A stretch of DNA of 63,333 bases, counting the filler, from Perkinsus chesapeaki ATCC PRA-425 (Eukaryota; Protista; Perkinsozoa): NCBI GenBank assembly GCA_013115145.1. It is 9 parts of 9 records of this genome, joined end to end, with 100 filler letters (N's around TTAATTAATTAA, not from the genome) between each part and the next. Parts side by side here need not be neighbours in the genome. Positions count along the whole stretch, not along the records: positions 50,295 to 53,054 come from JAAPAO010001526.1; positions 53,155 to 57,453 come from JAAPAO010001279.1; positions 57,554 to 59,669 come from JAAPAO010001674.1; positions 59,770 to 61,653 come from JAAPAO010001743.1; 5 more parts are not named here. One strand, written 5' to 3'. Both the position numbers and the translations under genes were made by a program. The notes below the pieces were generated by a model. It did not search any database and was not told the origin of the DNA. It saw only the letters and a list, made by a program, of their open reading frames with translations. How positions within the stretch are numbered: the stretch's first letter is position 1; each line of letters begins with the position of its first letter. This document shows, piece after piece, positions 50,295 to 61,753 of the stretch.

Positions 50295-53054
50295 AGAGAG
50301 TGTAGTATACTCAGTCGGCGAAGGCTCCGTCACAATAGTCGAAGAAATAGCACTGGTACTTGTAGAGATCTCCCATTCAGGAATGGCACTGGCGACAGTA
50401 GGTGATGTACCAGGCCATATATGATCGACGACTTCGGTGGTTGTGGATAGTGTTGTATGCTCTGGCGTCCACAGTTCCGTAGATGTAGTCGAGGTCTCCA
50501 AATCAGAATCAGTACTAGTGATTGTAGTTGATGTGGTAGAGTCGGTACGATCAACAGCTTCGGTGCCTGTTGATAGTGTAGTATACTCGGTCGTCCACAT
50601 TTCAGTGGTTGTAGTCGAGGTCTCCAAATCGGCATCAGGACTGGTGATTGTAGTTGATGTGGTAGAGTCAGTACGATCCACAGCTTCGGTGACTGCTGAC
50701 AGTGTAGTATACTCTGTCGTCCACATTTCAGTAGTTGTAGTCGAGGTCTCCAAATCGGCTTCAGGACTGGTGGCAGTAGTCGATGTACTAGGCTCACTAT
50801 GATGCACATTTTCGTCGGTTGTAGGAAGTGTAGTATACTCAATCGACGAAGGCTCCGTCACAGTAGTCGAAGAAATAGCACTGGTACTAGTAGAGCTCTC
50901 CGAGTCAGAAATGGCACTGGCGACAGTAGGTGATGTACCCGACCAACTATGATCGATGACTTCGGTGGTTGTGGATAGCGTAGTATACTCTGGCGTCCAC
51001 AGTTCCGTAGATGTAGTCGAGGTCTCCAAATCAAAATGAGTACTAGTGATTGTAGTTGATGTGGTAGAGTCAGTACGATCCACAGCTTCGGTGGCTGTTG
51101 ATAGTGTAGTATACTCTGTCGTCCACATTTCAGTGGTTGTAGTCGAGGTCTCCAAATCGGCATCAGGACTGGAGGCAGTAGTCGAAGAAATAGTACTGGT
51201 ACTAGTAGAGCTGTCCCAGTCAGAAATGGCACTGGCGACAGTTGGTGATGTACCAGGCCAAATATGATCGACGACTTCGGTGGTTGTGGATAGCGTAGTA
51301 TACCCGGTCGTCCATATTTCAGTGGCCGTAGTCGAGGTCTCCAAATCGGCATCAGGACTGGTGATTGTAGTTGATGTGGTAGAGTCAGTACTATCCACAG
51401 CTTCGGTGACTGCTGATAGTGTAGTATACTCTGTCGTCCACATTTGAGTAGTTGTAGTCGAGGTCTCCAAATCGGCTTCAGGAGTGGTGGCAGTAGTCGA
51501 TGTACTAGGCTCACTATGATCCACATTTTCGTCGGGTGTAGCAAGTGTAGTATACTCAATCGACGATGGCTCCGTCACAGTAGTCGAAGAAAAAGTACTG
51601 GTACTAGTAGAGATCTCCCAGTCAGGAATGGCACTGGCGACAGTAGGTGATGTACCAGGCCATATATGATCGACGACTTCGGTGGTTGTGGATAGTGTTG
51701 TATACTCTGGCGTCCACAGTTCCGTAGATGTAGTCGAGGTCTCCAAATCAGAATCAGTACTAGTGATTGTAGTTGATGTGGTAGAGTCGGTACGATCAAC
51801 AGCTTCGGTGCCTGTTGATAGTGTAGTATACTCGGTCGTCCACATTTCAGTGGTTGTAGTCGAGGTCTCCAAATCGGCATCAGGACTGGTGATTGTAGTT
51901 GATGTGGTAGAGTCAGTACGATCCACAGCTTCGGTGACTGCTGATAGTGTAGTATACTCTGTCGTCCACATTTCAGTAGTTGTAGTCGAGGTCTCCAAAA
52001 CGGCTTCAGGACTGGTGGCAGTAGTCGATGTACTAGGCTCACTATGATGCACATTTTCGTCGGTTGTAGGAAGTGTAGTATACTCAATCGACGAAGGCTC
52101 CGCCACAATAGTCGAAGAAATAGCACTGGTGCTAGTAGAGCTCTCCGAGTCAGAAATGGCACTGGCGACAGTAGGTGATGTACCCGACCAACTATGATCG
52201 ATGACTTCGGTGGTTGTGGATAGCGTAGTATACTCCGTCGTCCACAGTTCAGTTGTTGTAGTCGAGGTCTCCGAATCAGAATGAGTACTAGTGATTGTAG
52301 TTGATGTGGTAGAGTCGGTACGATCCACAGCTTCGGCGCCTCTTGACAGTGTAGTATACTCAGTCGTCCACAGTTCAGTGGTTGTAGTCGAATTTTCTAA
52401 ATCGGCATCAGGGCTGGTGACTGTCGGAGAAGTATAAACCTCAGAATCAGAGGTCCTAGCGCTGAATGTCGAAGTTTCTTCAGGCCAAGCATGCCCGATG
52501 GACTCGGTAGACGGCGTGGTATATTCGTCCGTCCGTGGATCGGTCGGAGAAGTATAAACCTCAGAATCAGAGGTCGCAGCGCTGAATGTAGACGTTTCTT
52601 CAGGCCAAGTTTGCTCGATTGACTCGGTAGACGGTGTGGTATATTCGCTCGTCCATGGTTCTGTCGGAGAAGTATAAACTTCAGATTCAGAGGTCGTAGT
52701 GCTCAATGTAGACGTTTCTTCGGGCCACGTTTGTTCGATAGACTCGGTAGACGGCGTGGTATACTCGGCCATCCAAGGCTCGGTGGGAGAAGATGACATT
52801 ACCCAATCTGAGCGTGTGCTGCTGAAAGTAGACAAAGCTTCGGACCAAGTATGTTCTAGGGTCTCGGTAGTTGTTATCGGCGAAGTATATTCAGTTGTCC
52901 AGGCCTTTGTCGGAGAAGTATGGACATCAGAGTCAGAAGTCGTCGCGCTGAGTGTAGACGTTTCTTCAGGCCAAGCATGCCCGATGGACTCGGTAGACGG
53001 CGTGCTATACAACGCCGTCCAAGGCTCGGTGGGAGAAGATGACATCATCGAATC
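50295..53054 (-). CDS. Mucin-like Thr/Ser-rich tandem-repeat protein; internal fragment, open at both contig ends
   Basis: A stop-free frame of ~920 codons: five 40-41-aa units (SPTEPWxxEYTTPSTESIxxxWPEETST...), then 42-aa (126-bp) units (TTTTEMWTTEYTTLS...DADLETS) nested in a 1245-bp higher-order duplication. Confidence 0.85.
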
Positions 53055-53387
53055 NNNNNNNNNNNNNNNNNNNNNNNNNNNNNNNNNNNNNNNNNNNNTT
53101 AATTAATTAANNNNNNNNNNNNNNNNNNNNNNNNNNNNNNNNNNNNNNNNNNNNGGTCCGAGTGTGGGAAAGTGAGTTTCCTACACTACAAAGGGCCGAA
53201 ACCGAAAATCGGTAAGGTCCTTGCGCCCCCTCGGACCCGCGCCGGGCTAGTCCGGCTATAGCATACTAGGATGCCGTTTCGAGACAAAGGGCCACCAGCT
53301 CAAAACGCAACACTAACTGTGGTGGCGAGACCTAGTCATACTTATCATGCTTCCACCTCAGTGACTCAGTTATGGCAACTACCGGAA

Positions 53388-54467
53388 TCAGCAACCATCA
53401 TACACTCCATTCAACATGGCAGCAGCGTACTTATATTCTTGTGAACGTGCCACCCCACTCAGGTAATGACTTTCTAGCGAAGAGTCCCTAATAGACCAAC
53501 GGCCATAGGCTAAGCGATTAAAACGCGGGATTTTGGCTGCCCACATCCATCTGGCACCTGTCCTCCTCATACTGTGGGTACCAACTGCTGACCAGTTTGA
53601 TAAGCCCGTGTACTTCTGCACCAACAATCTGGTCCCACTTAGAAAGCCTTTATATTGTAAGCGAGCGCCTGTAGAATCTCCAAAGACTGGGGTGCTTGCC
53701 GGATCTACCACCCCGCCTTCTCTGAACTTATCACACATATAATCATACAACCTATGCGTGGCGCACGAAGGCTCCGCGCAAGGCCTGGCCGTACAAAGAA
53801 GGGCACAGCCTACCCTGCGTGTTGCTCCCAACCCCATCTGGTCTGTCTTCCCCCGCCTTATTCTCACTTTGGCCACGTCGACTTTGTGTTTTGTCACGAA
53901 CTTTATATCTGACATGTTCAGGTCCAGACACTCGTCCGCCCTTAACAAAACGAACGTCGCCAACAAAATCGCTATGGAGAGGGTGCGCTCTTCCGATAAT
54001 AAATCGGCTCGCATGATGTCCCCCAAATTTGTCTTTGATAAAGGCTTAGCCCTTTTGGGGCGGAAACGTCTCAACCGAGATCTCGACTGACGTCTCAGCG
54101 CCCCCTTTAGAGCTCTAGAGACGACTGCAAGATCTGCTTTCTTCAAGACATACCCCGCCTCAGTATTCAGTGTTTTGACAGCGGACACGTAAGAGCGTAT
54201 AGTCGAATATGGATAGCCCACTGAGGCCATAACCCAGATAAAACGGGCCAGGGCGAACCCGGTGCACGGATACATCGGTGTACATCGGGTCGACTCGGTC
54301 GAATCACTAAGCAGGATCATTCGGTATAGTTTCTCGGCCGAGGAGTAGGATGATCTAGTCTTCACCGCCAGAGCATCCTTCACCAGATTTTGCACCTCCT
54401 CTTCGATATCAACTCCGGCCCGACGAGCGTCAGCTAGGAAGTGTCTAGCGTGGCATCTGCGAATCAT
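53388..54467 (-). CDS. Tyrosine recombinase of the YR retrotransposon (359 aa)
   Basis: N-terminal SAM-like helices (AVKTRSSY, GYPYSTIRSYVSAVK); catalytic LLRADE (R), GKTDQ (K), HSMRRTGA (H-x-x-R), GRW and HYL (Y). Confidence 0.95.
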   Translation of the reverse strand: MIRRCHARHFLADARRAGVDIEEEVQNLVKDALAVKTRSSYSSAEKLYRMILLSDSTESTRCTPMYPCTGFALARFIWVMASVGYPYSTIRSYVSAVKTLNTEAGYVLKKADLAVVSRALKGALRRQSRSRLRRFRPKRAKPLSKTNLGDIMRADLLSEERTLSIAILLATFVLLRADECLDLNMSDIKFVTKHKVDVAKVRIRRGKTDQMGLGATRRVGCALLCTARPCAEPSCATHRLYDYMCDKFREGGVVDPASTPVFGDSTGARLQYKGFLSGTRLLVQKYTGLSNWSAVGTHSMRRTGARWMWAAKIPRFNRLAYGRWSIRDSSLESHYLSGVARSQEYKYAAAMLNGVYDGC

Positions 54468-54570
54468 TTACGGAACTTAAGCACACCCTGAGTCGACGAT
54501 TAATACTTAGAAACGCAGCATATTACACGCCGGAAACCTTATAAGACGCACACCCCTGACCGTCGTGCAC

Positions 54571-55538
54571 TCACGCCATGAGCCAAGTTTCATCAACGTC
54601 ATTCCGCTCCCAGTGGCTGGGAATGCCTGCCACTTTGAACCTCGATATGTCGTCAGCAATGACATTGTCCTCCGAGGCCACACGCTCCACCATGTAGTCG
54701 GTCAGCGTTAGATCCGAGAGAGACCGGGCCGCGCGGCGGAGTAGTTTAGCAAGGACAGGCGCCTTTGAATAGAGCTTAGTAAGAATGCATCTCACTGCTT
54801 CGTTGTCTACGAAAATGGCGACCCTGCCGTGGCGCAAACCTTGGAAACGCCTCGCAGCGAGTCTTAAACCGAGACATGCGGCAAGTAGCTCTAGCGTGAC
54901 CATGTCGCGGGATTCCGGAGCAATCTTTATGTCACCATTCCCCAACTGCCACCTCTTGAGCACATCAGAATCAACTGCTCGTTGGAACCACACGACCGGT
55001 CCCGGTGCACAGTAACTGTCGTCAATTGATGGCCTTTGCTTCAGTGCGATGACGCCCCCAACGGCCCCAAGCGAGGCATCAGTCATGATGATTATAGTGC
55101 TATCCGAAGATGTACCGAGTGTTCCTAGAGGGCCGACTGGAGGAAAGGACAGGGACCCCGCCACCACGCTCCGCAGAAAATGAGTAACGACGAAAACCTC
55201 ACTCCTCTCCGGGCACCGAGCGAAATGAAAACCACGCTTCCGTACGACACTTAGCAGCCCATAGTAGGGTTGCAAATAGCCTCTCAGGTATGGTCGCAGG
55301 AGGGTATACCGGTTTAGCTTGCCCGCCAACGACGATAAGGCCTTTTCCGAGATCTCCTTTCTTATCAGCAGCTCGTCCAACCTCTGTACGATGTCCTGCG
55401 TCTTCTCAGGGTCCAGCTCGAAGGTAGCGGACTTTCCAAATGTCGTTCTGATGCCAATAACGGTACCCGATGAGGAGTTGAGATTGAGCTTCTCGAAGCT
55501 TATGTCTGAGCCCAGAATTCGCCAGAAGATAAGCACGT
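54571..55538 (-). CDS. RT C-terminus and RNase H of the YR retrotransposon
   Basis: IMTDASLGAVGG, LELLAA, FVDNEAV and NVIADDISR; upstream end runs into the N gap 55539-55627. Confidence 0.93.
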
Positions 55539-55627
55539 NNNNNNNNNNNNNNNNNNNNNNNNNNNNNNNNNNNNNNNNNNNNNNNNNNNNNNNNNNNNNN
55601 NNNNNNNNNNNNNNNNNNNNNNNNNNN

Positions 55628-56864
55628 AAAGCACGATGATGACAGCCGTAAGATAGATGCCAAGTAAAAAACAGAAAAACCCATCATCCACGTACATAAA
55701 CGACCCAACGACCGGGTGCTCGCCGTCGGTGTCAAAGTAGGCCCTGAGTACTAATTCCAGGCACCGTTGGGCACAAGTGGCATAACGGACGAACCAAAAT
55801 GCTGCCGAGCATAGGCCAAATGATAGCACCTGGTTCTGGTAACCCACTATAGTTCCGTCGGCCAATTTGTGAGTGAAACAGACATGCTTGCGCTCTGACG
55901 GGTGAACGCCCAGAGTCCTATAAGCCGACCGCAGGTCTAACTGCATCATACGAAACTGATCAGCTCCGCGCCCTGTCACGACAGCTCCGACCATCCGTCT
56001 CAAGTCTGAGACAGTAGGGAGCCTGGCGGTATTAGGTACAGAGGCCTTCAGGTTGGTATTACTCCTCTTGAAGTCTTCAACCACCCTGACCCCATTAGAA
56101 AAGCTGCCTCGTTTCGGGAGGCAAGCCCTTCTCACAAACTGTCTGCCTGGATCAGCCATCTCATCCTTTGAAAGGCGCCTTATGAAGCCTTTTCTCTCCT
56201 CGTCGAGGAGCAGGCCCTCTATCTTGCTGCGGACTTCCTCAGCGTTCATGGAAGCATAGTTCTCGTGAACCTCAGGGATCTCGAACTCCTCGTGAGTCTT
56301 CTTCGTGAACCTGGGGTACAGATTCGTAAAAGGTATCCTGCGGGATAATCCCAGCGGCAGCCCATCCCGACATATCTTTGGGAACTCCGCGTCGGATTCC
56401 TTCAAACCCCAGACAACCTTTTCCAAGATTCCGCAGAAGATCGAGTTGTTGGCCTTGCGCAGCAGGATTTCCTTGCCCCAGACTCTGGCCAGCTCGGTTC
56501 TGCATTCACCGGCAATGGTTGCTGTTACACTGTCTAAGGCCTTGACCTGCTCAGGGGATGGCGCCCCGTCAACTTGTTCTAACAATGACCGAAGGTTGTG
56601 CTTCTCGGCAGTCCGAACTATTAGTGATGCCAGTTTGTGTCCGAAAGTTCGCTGATCCCGGTCAAGGGGACACTCTCTCCCAGGAAGTATGCAGGAGCCG
56701 CCGTTGCGGAAGTGGTTTAGCTTCTCGGCAGCATCCTCCTCGAAAGCCTTGCCGGCCTTATCGAAGTATGTGGCGACATATCCGTCGTAGTCGAAAACCT
56801 TACGACAGCCGGTGTTCGTTGAGGATGAGGGGCACTGTCTTTCGGAGCCGGGAGGACCTGCCAT
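55628..56864 (-). CDS. Reverse transcriptase of the YR retrotransposon
   Basis: DGLPLG, ENYAS, LPK...VRVVED, QLDLRSAYR, LSFGLCSA, MYVDD. Confidence 0.95.
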
Positions 56865-56998
56865 AGAGGCAGCATGTGAGTGTCACTATAGATCAACCCA
56901 ACGAGGCGTCACATGAAAAAGGCTACTCGCTCAAGGCTATTGGCTTACTGGTACAGAGCCAGTCAAAAACGCGGCAACGCCAGAAGGTCAGCTCCCAC

Positions 56999-57453
56999 TC
57001 AATGAGAAGTACCCGTGCTCTGCTTCGGCGCGGCTTGCTTCTTTGGGCCTTTATAATCGCGAGAGTCATCAGGGCTACCTCGACGGGGATGGTAGAATCT
57101 GCAGTTGGCTCCCCAGTTGCACTTACCCTGCATAAATAAACGGCAGACCGGGCGGTCGGCACGTTGGGCAGACTTGTACGTGTTAGCCACGGCGGCTGAC
57201 GCTCTCCCAACCTCGCGATACGAAGCCACGGTGTCCGACAGTTTGGTAGCAACCTGAGCTCCGAAGGGCTCTTCGTTGCCCCCGCCGCGCACGGCCTCGA
57301 TTCGCATGGCATATTCGAGAGCCTTCATGTTCGCTAGAGAAGACATCTCACCGACCTCATACACGCGAGCCATGAAAATGAGGGCCTCAGCGGGAGACAT
57401 GCGACCAAGTAGGGACGCCGACAAGCAGAACCTTATTAAGGATAAACCGAACT
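56999..57453 (-). CDS. Gag-like ORF1 C-terminal part with a CCCH zinc finger; open into the gap
   Basis: CRLFMQGKCNWGANCRFYH = C-x7-C-x5-C-x3-H; the frame stays open to the contig end. Confidence 0.8.
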
Positions 57454-57553
57454 NNNNNNNNNNNNNNNNNNNNNNNNNNNNNNNNNNNNNNNNNNNNTTA
57501 ATTAATTAANNNNNNNNNNNNNNNNNNNNNNNNNNNNNNNNNNNNNNNNNNNN

Positions 57554-58315
57554 TGTGGGTGCTAAAACCCCCACATGACCGTCGAGCCGGTGAACGCTTT
57601 ATGCGGTTCAAGTATCGTGTTATCACGTCCTCCACTCATGCTTCTACCTTGGAGAAAGCCTCCGATCCCTCCGTGCGGTTGTTGAACGTCGCGAATGATC
57701 GGATCGTCTTAGCCCAGAACGATGAGTCTCCTGAAGTTATCGATGAAGATAACGATTCTGCCTATTCTGTTGGTTTCACTATATCGTCTCACTCCGTCAG
57801 TTCCGCGTCGGTGCGCAACGGCCCGGACCCTGAGGAAGGTGAGCTACAAGAGCATCTGCAAGCAGAGCTAGAACCGGCTGGTGCACCGGAGAACCCTGAT
57901 CCAGCAAGACCGGTACGTCGTCGACATGCTCCGATACGGTTTATTCCGGGAGGTAACCCGAGAGAAACTAGTTTCGATAGTGAAGGATATCCTAAAGAGT
58001 AAGTGTTTATGTCATCTACGTAGATGTTCGTATAGTCTGTCCTTGTATTGACAAGTCATGATAAGTCTGTTTGTTGTTAGCACTCCCTCCGCTTTGCCTG
58101 TGATGAACAGGGGGGCGAGGTTGTAGTGCCCTAGCGAGATACCTATAGTAGACAGCGCAATTGTGCGCCTTTCGTGCTTAGCGTTGTGCATAGCTAAGCC
58201 TGTATCTCCCGCTGCGCTCCATAGAGTTAAGAGCAGGTTTCGTCTTTGCTTTGGAGACCTGTGTTCATCAGCAGTTACAGAGTCAAGCTCAGTAAAACAC
58301 AAGATCATAACAACA
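57554..58315 (+). mobile_element. 3' end of an LTR retrotransposon: integrase C-terminal tail (57554-58002) and probable 3' LTR (~58004-58315)
   Basis: VLKPPHDRR...FKYRVI...NVANDRIV (GPY/F-like region) and RPVRRRHAPIRFIP tail; the stop is immediately followed by TGTTTATG...CATAACA(ACA) inverted ends. Confidence 0.6.
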
Positions 58316-58567
58316 TACAAAAAGGTTAATGGATGGCGATAGGATATGAACTACAAAGCTCCCTCGTTACATAGAAAAAGGTTAATGGATGGCGATGGGA
58401 CATGAACTACAAAGCTCCCTCGTCACATAGAAAAAGGTTAATGGATGGCGATGGGACATGAACTACAAAGCTCCCTCGTTACATAGAAAAAGGTTAATGG
58501 ATGGCGATAGGATATGAACTACAAAGCTCCCTCGTCACATAGAAAAAGGTTAATGGATGGCGATGGA
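58313..58567. repeat. 56-bp tandem repeat, about 4.5 copies
   Basis: GGTTAATGG recurs at 58324, 58380, 58436, 58492 and 58548. Confidence 0.97.
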
Positions 58568-58589
58568 AGAGCAACAACAATGCGTATGG

Positions 58590-59547
58590 TTACGGATGAT
58601 CAAGAAAGACGAACGAAGGATCAGACAAGCACTCCTCGATAGTGGTGCACTTGAAATCAGATGGCATTATAGTGTTACCGAGGATAGTACCACGGAAATC
58701 AGCGCAGTTAGTTCTCCCCATGCAGAAGACAGCATACAGTACACCCCATATGTCATTGTCACTGTCCTCATGCATAAGACGAATAAGCTCGAACTCGTCC
58801 AAATGCTTCTCCGGGAACTCGTGGTTCGGCCAAAGCCGCTTAACCAAAGCAAGATTCTTAGATTGAGTGCTCGGATTGTATTGGAACTGCACATACTTGT
58901 TTACAGTGCGGTCATCAGTAGCAGCCAAAGCAATCATAAGGCCAGCATCCTCGACCGAGTTACTGTGGAAGACAGTATCGATGTGGTCGAAAGACCCGAC
59001 GGAGCCATGTCCATTTCTCAAAGAAGGTAGGAAGTACGAGAACAGGCCACCAACAAGGATATTTGTCCATTTCATGCCAGAATCGCGGACTTTCTCCTGC
59101 ATTTCCTTCTTGGCATCAACCATCTTTGATATCCCCCATGGAATTGCGCCAATGTGAATGCCGAAGCTATTGGGGCAAAAACGTTCAACGGTGCCGCTCT
59201 TGACTGCTGCATCGATCAGGTGACCCCCGACGTGCTTGAGGTTAGGAGCTGTCCCCAGAATTGCCGAGATAATAGTGTCAACCTTGTTGTGACGGAAGAT
59301 GTCGGTCAACGCAGTTTCATCCGTATAATCTGGAAACTCCATCACCTATGAAGAGGGTGTAACAGATACAGGTTGCGGAGATACTCACCATGGCGCCAGC
59401 TCTCTCTAGCTCTTGTATAATACCCTTCTTGTGGGTGGTACTTCGGGTGAAGGCAACTACTCTATGACCAAGCTTCAACAATGAAAGTGAAATCTCTTTC
59501 CCGAACACTCCAGTGGCCCCAATGACAGCAACGGTCTTGGATGACAT
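58590..59547 (-). CDS. NmrA / isoflavone-reductase-like NAD(P)-binding oxidoreductase, 304 aa, two exons (59389-59547, 58590-59345)
   Basis: VAVIGATGVFG (GxxGxxG), VDTIISA, VERFCPNSFG, KKEMQEKVRDSGMKWTNI, SVEDAG; 43-nt GT-AG intron. Confidence 0.92.
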
Positions 59548-59799
59548 AAAAGAGTCGCAGAACTTCGTGTTTTGAACCCAACTATTCATCAACTCCTATC
59601 ACGGACCGATGCCTAGACTCTCTGCGTGAACTTGTACATTCAGCCCCCTCATAATAGGTGGGACGTCACNNNNNNNNNNNNNNNNNNNNNNNNNNNNNNN
59701 NNNNNNNNNNNNNTTAATTAATTAANNNNNNNNNNNNNNNNNNNNNNNNNNNNNNNNNNNNNNNNNNNNATGATGATGATATACATTTGTATTATTATG

Positions 59800-61440
59800 T
59801 ATAATATTTTTAGAGGTCGATGTAAGTGTATTATCAGTAGATGGTAGTGAGGTAAGTGATATATCATCATCATCAACATCATCAAATGATGTTATGAAGC
59901 TTGGTATAAAATACAGATTAAGTATTGAAGTTATACCACAAATAGGAGATAATAATTGGAGATTAGAAATACAATGGCCCTTATCTACCTCCTCCTCATC
60001 ATCATCAATTGTATTTATTATAATGTATATAATGATTTATTATCATTGTAGCAGGTCTATCCGATAAATACTAATGATGGTTTAACTGAATCTTTTAAAG
60101 GTGATTCATCTCCAGTATTACCATTAAAGTTAAATGTGACAACTGAAGAGGTTGTACATCTTCATCATCATGATGATGATGATCATAACATTATAGATAT
60201 TATAAATAATAGGTTCCACCACCCCCTTATAGTTGGATAGAAGTTAAAATAATGATATCTGGTTTATATATATCGATAGATAGATTAGCTAACACTATTA
60301 TACGGGTACAGATTATATTACCACTAAACTATGAATTAAATAGTAATGGTATTTGTGGTAGTGGTAGTGGTTATGATAATTGTGAAATAGAAGGGTAGTA
60401 TTATAATAATAATCACTACTGCTACTACTAACGATACTTGTATTTCAGTTACACTTGGGGGTCATTAGAACGGCAAGTTGCCACTTTAACATTTACAACT
60501 AGGCAACAACAATTAATAGGAATTGATGGTAAATATATTATAAATATTATTGTAAGAACACCAACACATACACCATTAGATAACACCTGGTAGTAATGAT
60601 AATACTGATGTTATTGCGTCTGTGGTGGATATTACTATGCATGCTCTTTTGTGGTGTTTATTATTATTAGGTATTTAATAGCACGTGATGTTAATAAAGG
60701 GGATGCTATATTAGGATGGGGCGATGGATATGGATTTGATATTATACCAATTAAAGACTTTAATTTAATATATCCACCTATTGGAGGCACTAATAACCAA
60801 CCAATTGCAATAACAATGATGATAAAAACAAGCAGATCAAATAAAGTTTATACTATTGATATACGTCCACCACAAGGGTAAGGACAGAGAAGAGGAGGAG
60901 GAGGAGCATTGGTGATATCATAAATATATATTTAATAATATCAGATACAGTCTACAATGTTCGACATCATCATCATTTCATCGTATTACTTTACCATCAT
61001 CAATATTATGTTTAAGTGATAGCAGTAAAGATCGTCAAAGATGGTTAAGTATAGGTGGATTAACTAAACCTTTACCGTAATAATAATACATATATTATTA
61101 TTACGAATATGTAGGTCCGACTCGACTGAATTGGTCGTATTCATATTATCAATTGATATACCTGTATTATCAGCAGTTAATAGTAATACTAATGATGATA
61201 CCAATACATTTGATATATTATTACGTGATAAAGATGGTGCTGTTGTTGATGGTGCATTTACTGTACCTGTACCATATCCACCACTATCTGATGGACCATA
61301 TGTATTATTAACAATAATAATAATAAATATACTACTATTTATCATTATTATTTATTTCATTTTCAGATAATAGATCCTTTTATAGGTTGGACAAACTCTG
61401 ACCCTAATGCACCTTCCACCATATCATTCGGTTTTACACT
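59800..61440 (+). CDS. Fragment of a large multi-exon protein in AT-rich DNA (beta-rich, extracellular-looking)
   Basis: Open exon-like blocks (KLGIKYRLSIEVIPQIGDNNWRLEIQWP; GDAILGWGDGYGFDIIPIKDFNLIYPPIGG; FDILLRDKDGAVVDGAFTVP) separated by ATC/GAT/TAA-rich GT-AG introns. Confidence 0.5.
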
Positions 61441-61753
61441 ACAACAATCAACTAGAGCAATCTCAGCTGTATTATATTAATCATCATTATGCATTACTCC
61501 CCCTCCTCCTACTCTTCCTACTCATTGTTGTTACTGCGACCACACTGTATTTCTTGTGTTCTTAACTTTCCTCTAATAGTCGTAGCCGTTGGCTAGGTAC
61601 TTGAATCACTGTTGAGTATTTCAATGATGAGTGCTTCAAGTAGAGTGATTTGANNNNNNNNNNNNNNNNNNNNNNNNNNNNNNNNNNNNNNNNNNNNTTA
61701 ATTAATTAANNNNNNNNNNNNNNNNNNNNNNNNNNNNNNNNNNNNNNNNNNNN

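Larger units (their letters stand above)
53155..57453 (-). mobile_element. Tyrosine-recombinase retrotransposon (DIRS order, Ngaro-like); termini lost in the gaps
   Basis: Gag-like ORF, RT, RNase H and tyrosine recombinase in tandem on one strand; no methyltransferase domain is visible. Confidence 0.93.

Noticed and set aside
50330-52162. Alternate-frame and antisense ORFs over the mucin repeats
   Set aside because: Shadow ORFs produced by the repetitive, stop-poor sequence.
58313-58567. Regularly spaced repeats as a possible CRISPR array (also 1-152)
   Set aside because: Units are contiguous with no unique spacers, there are no cas genes, and the context is eukaryotic.
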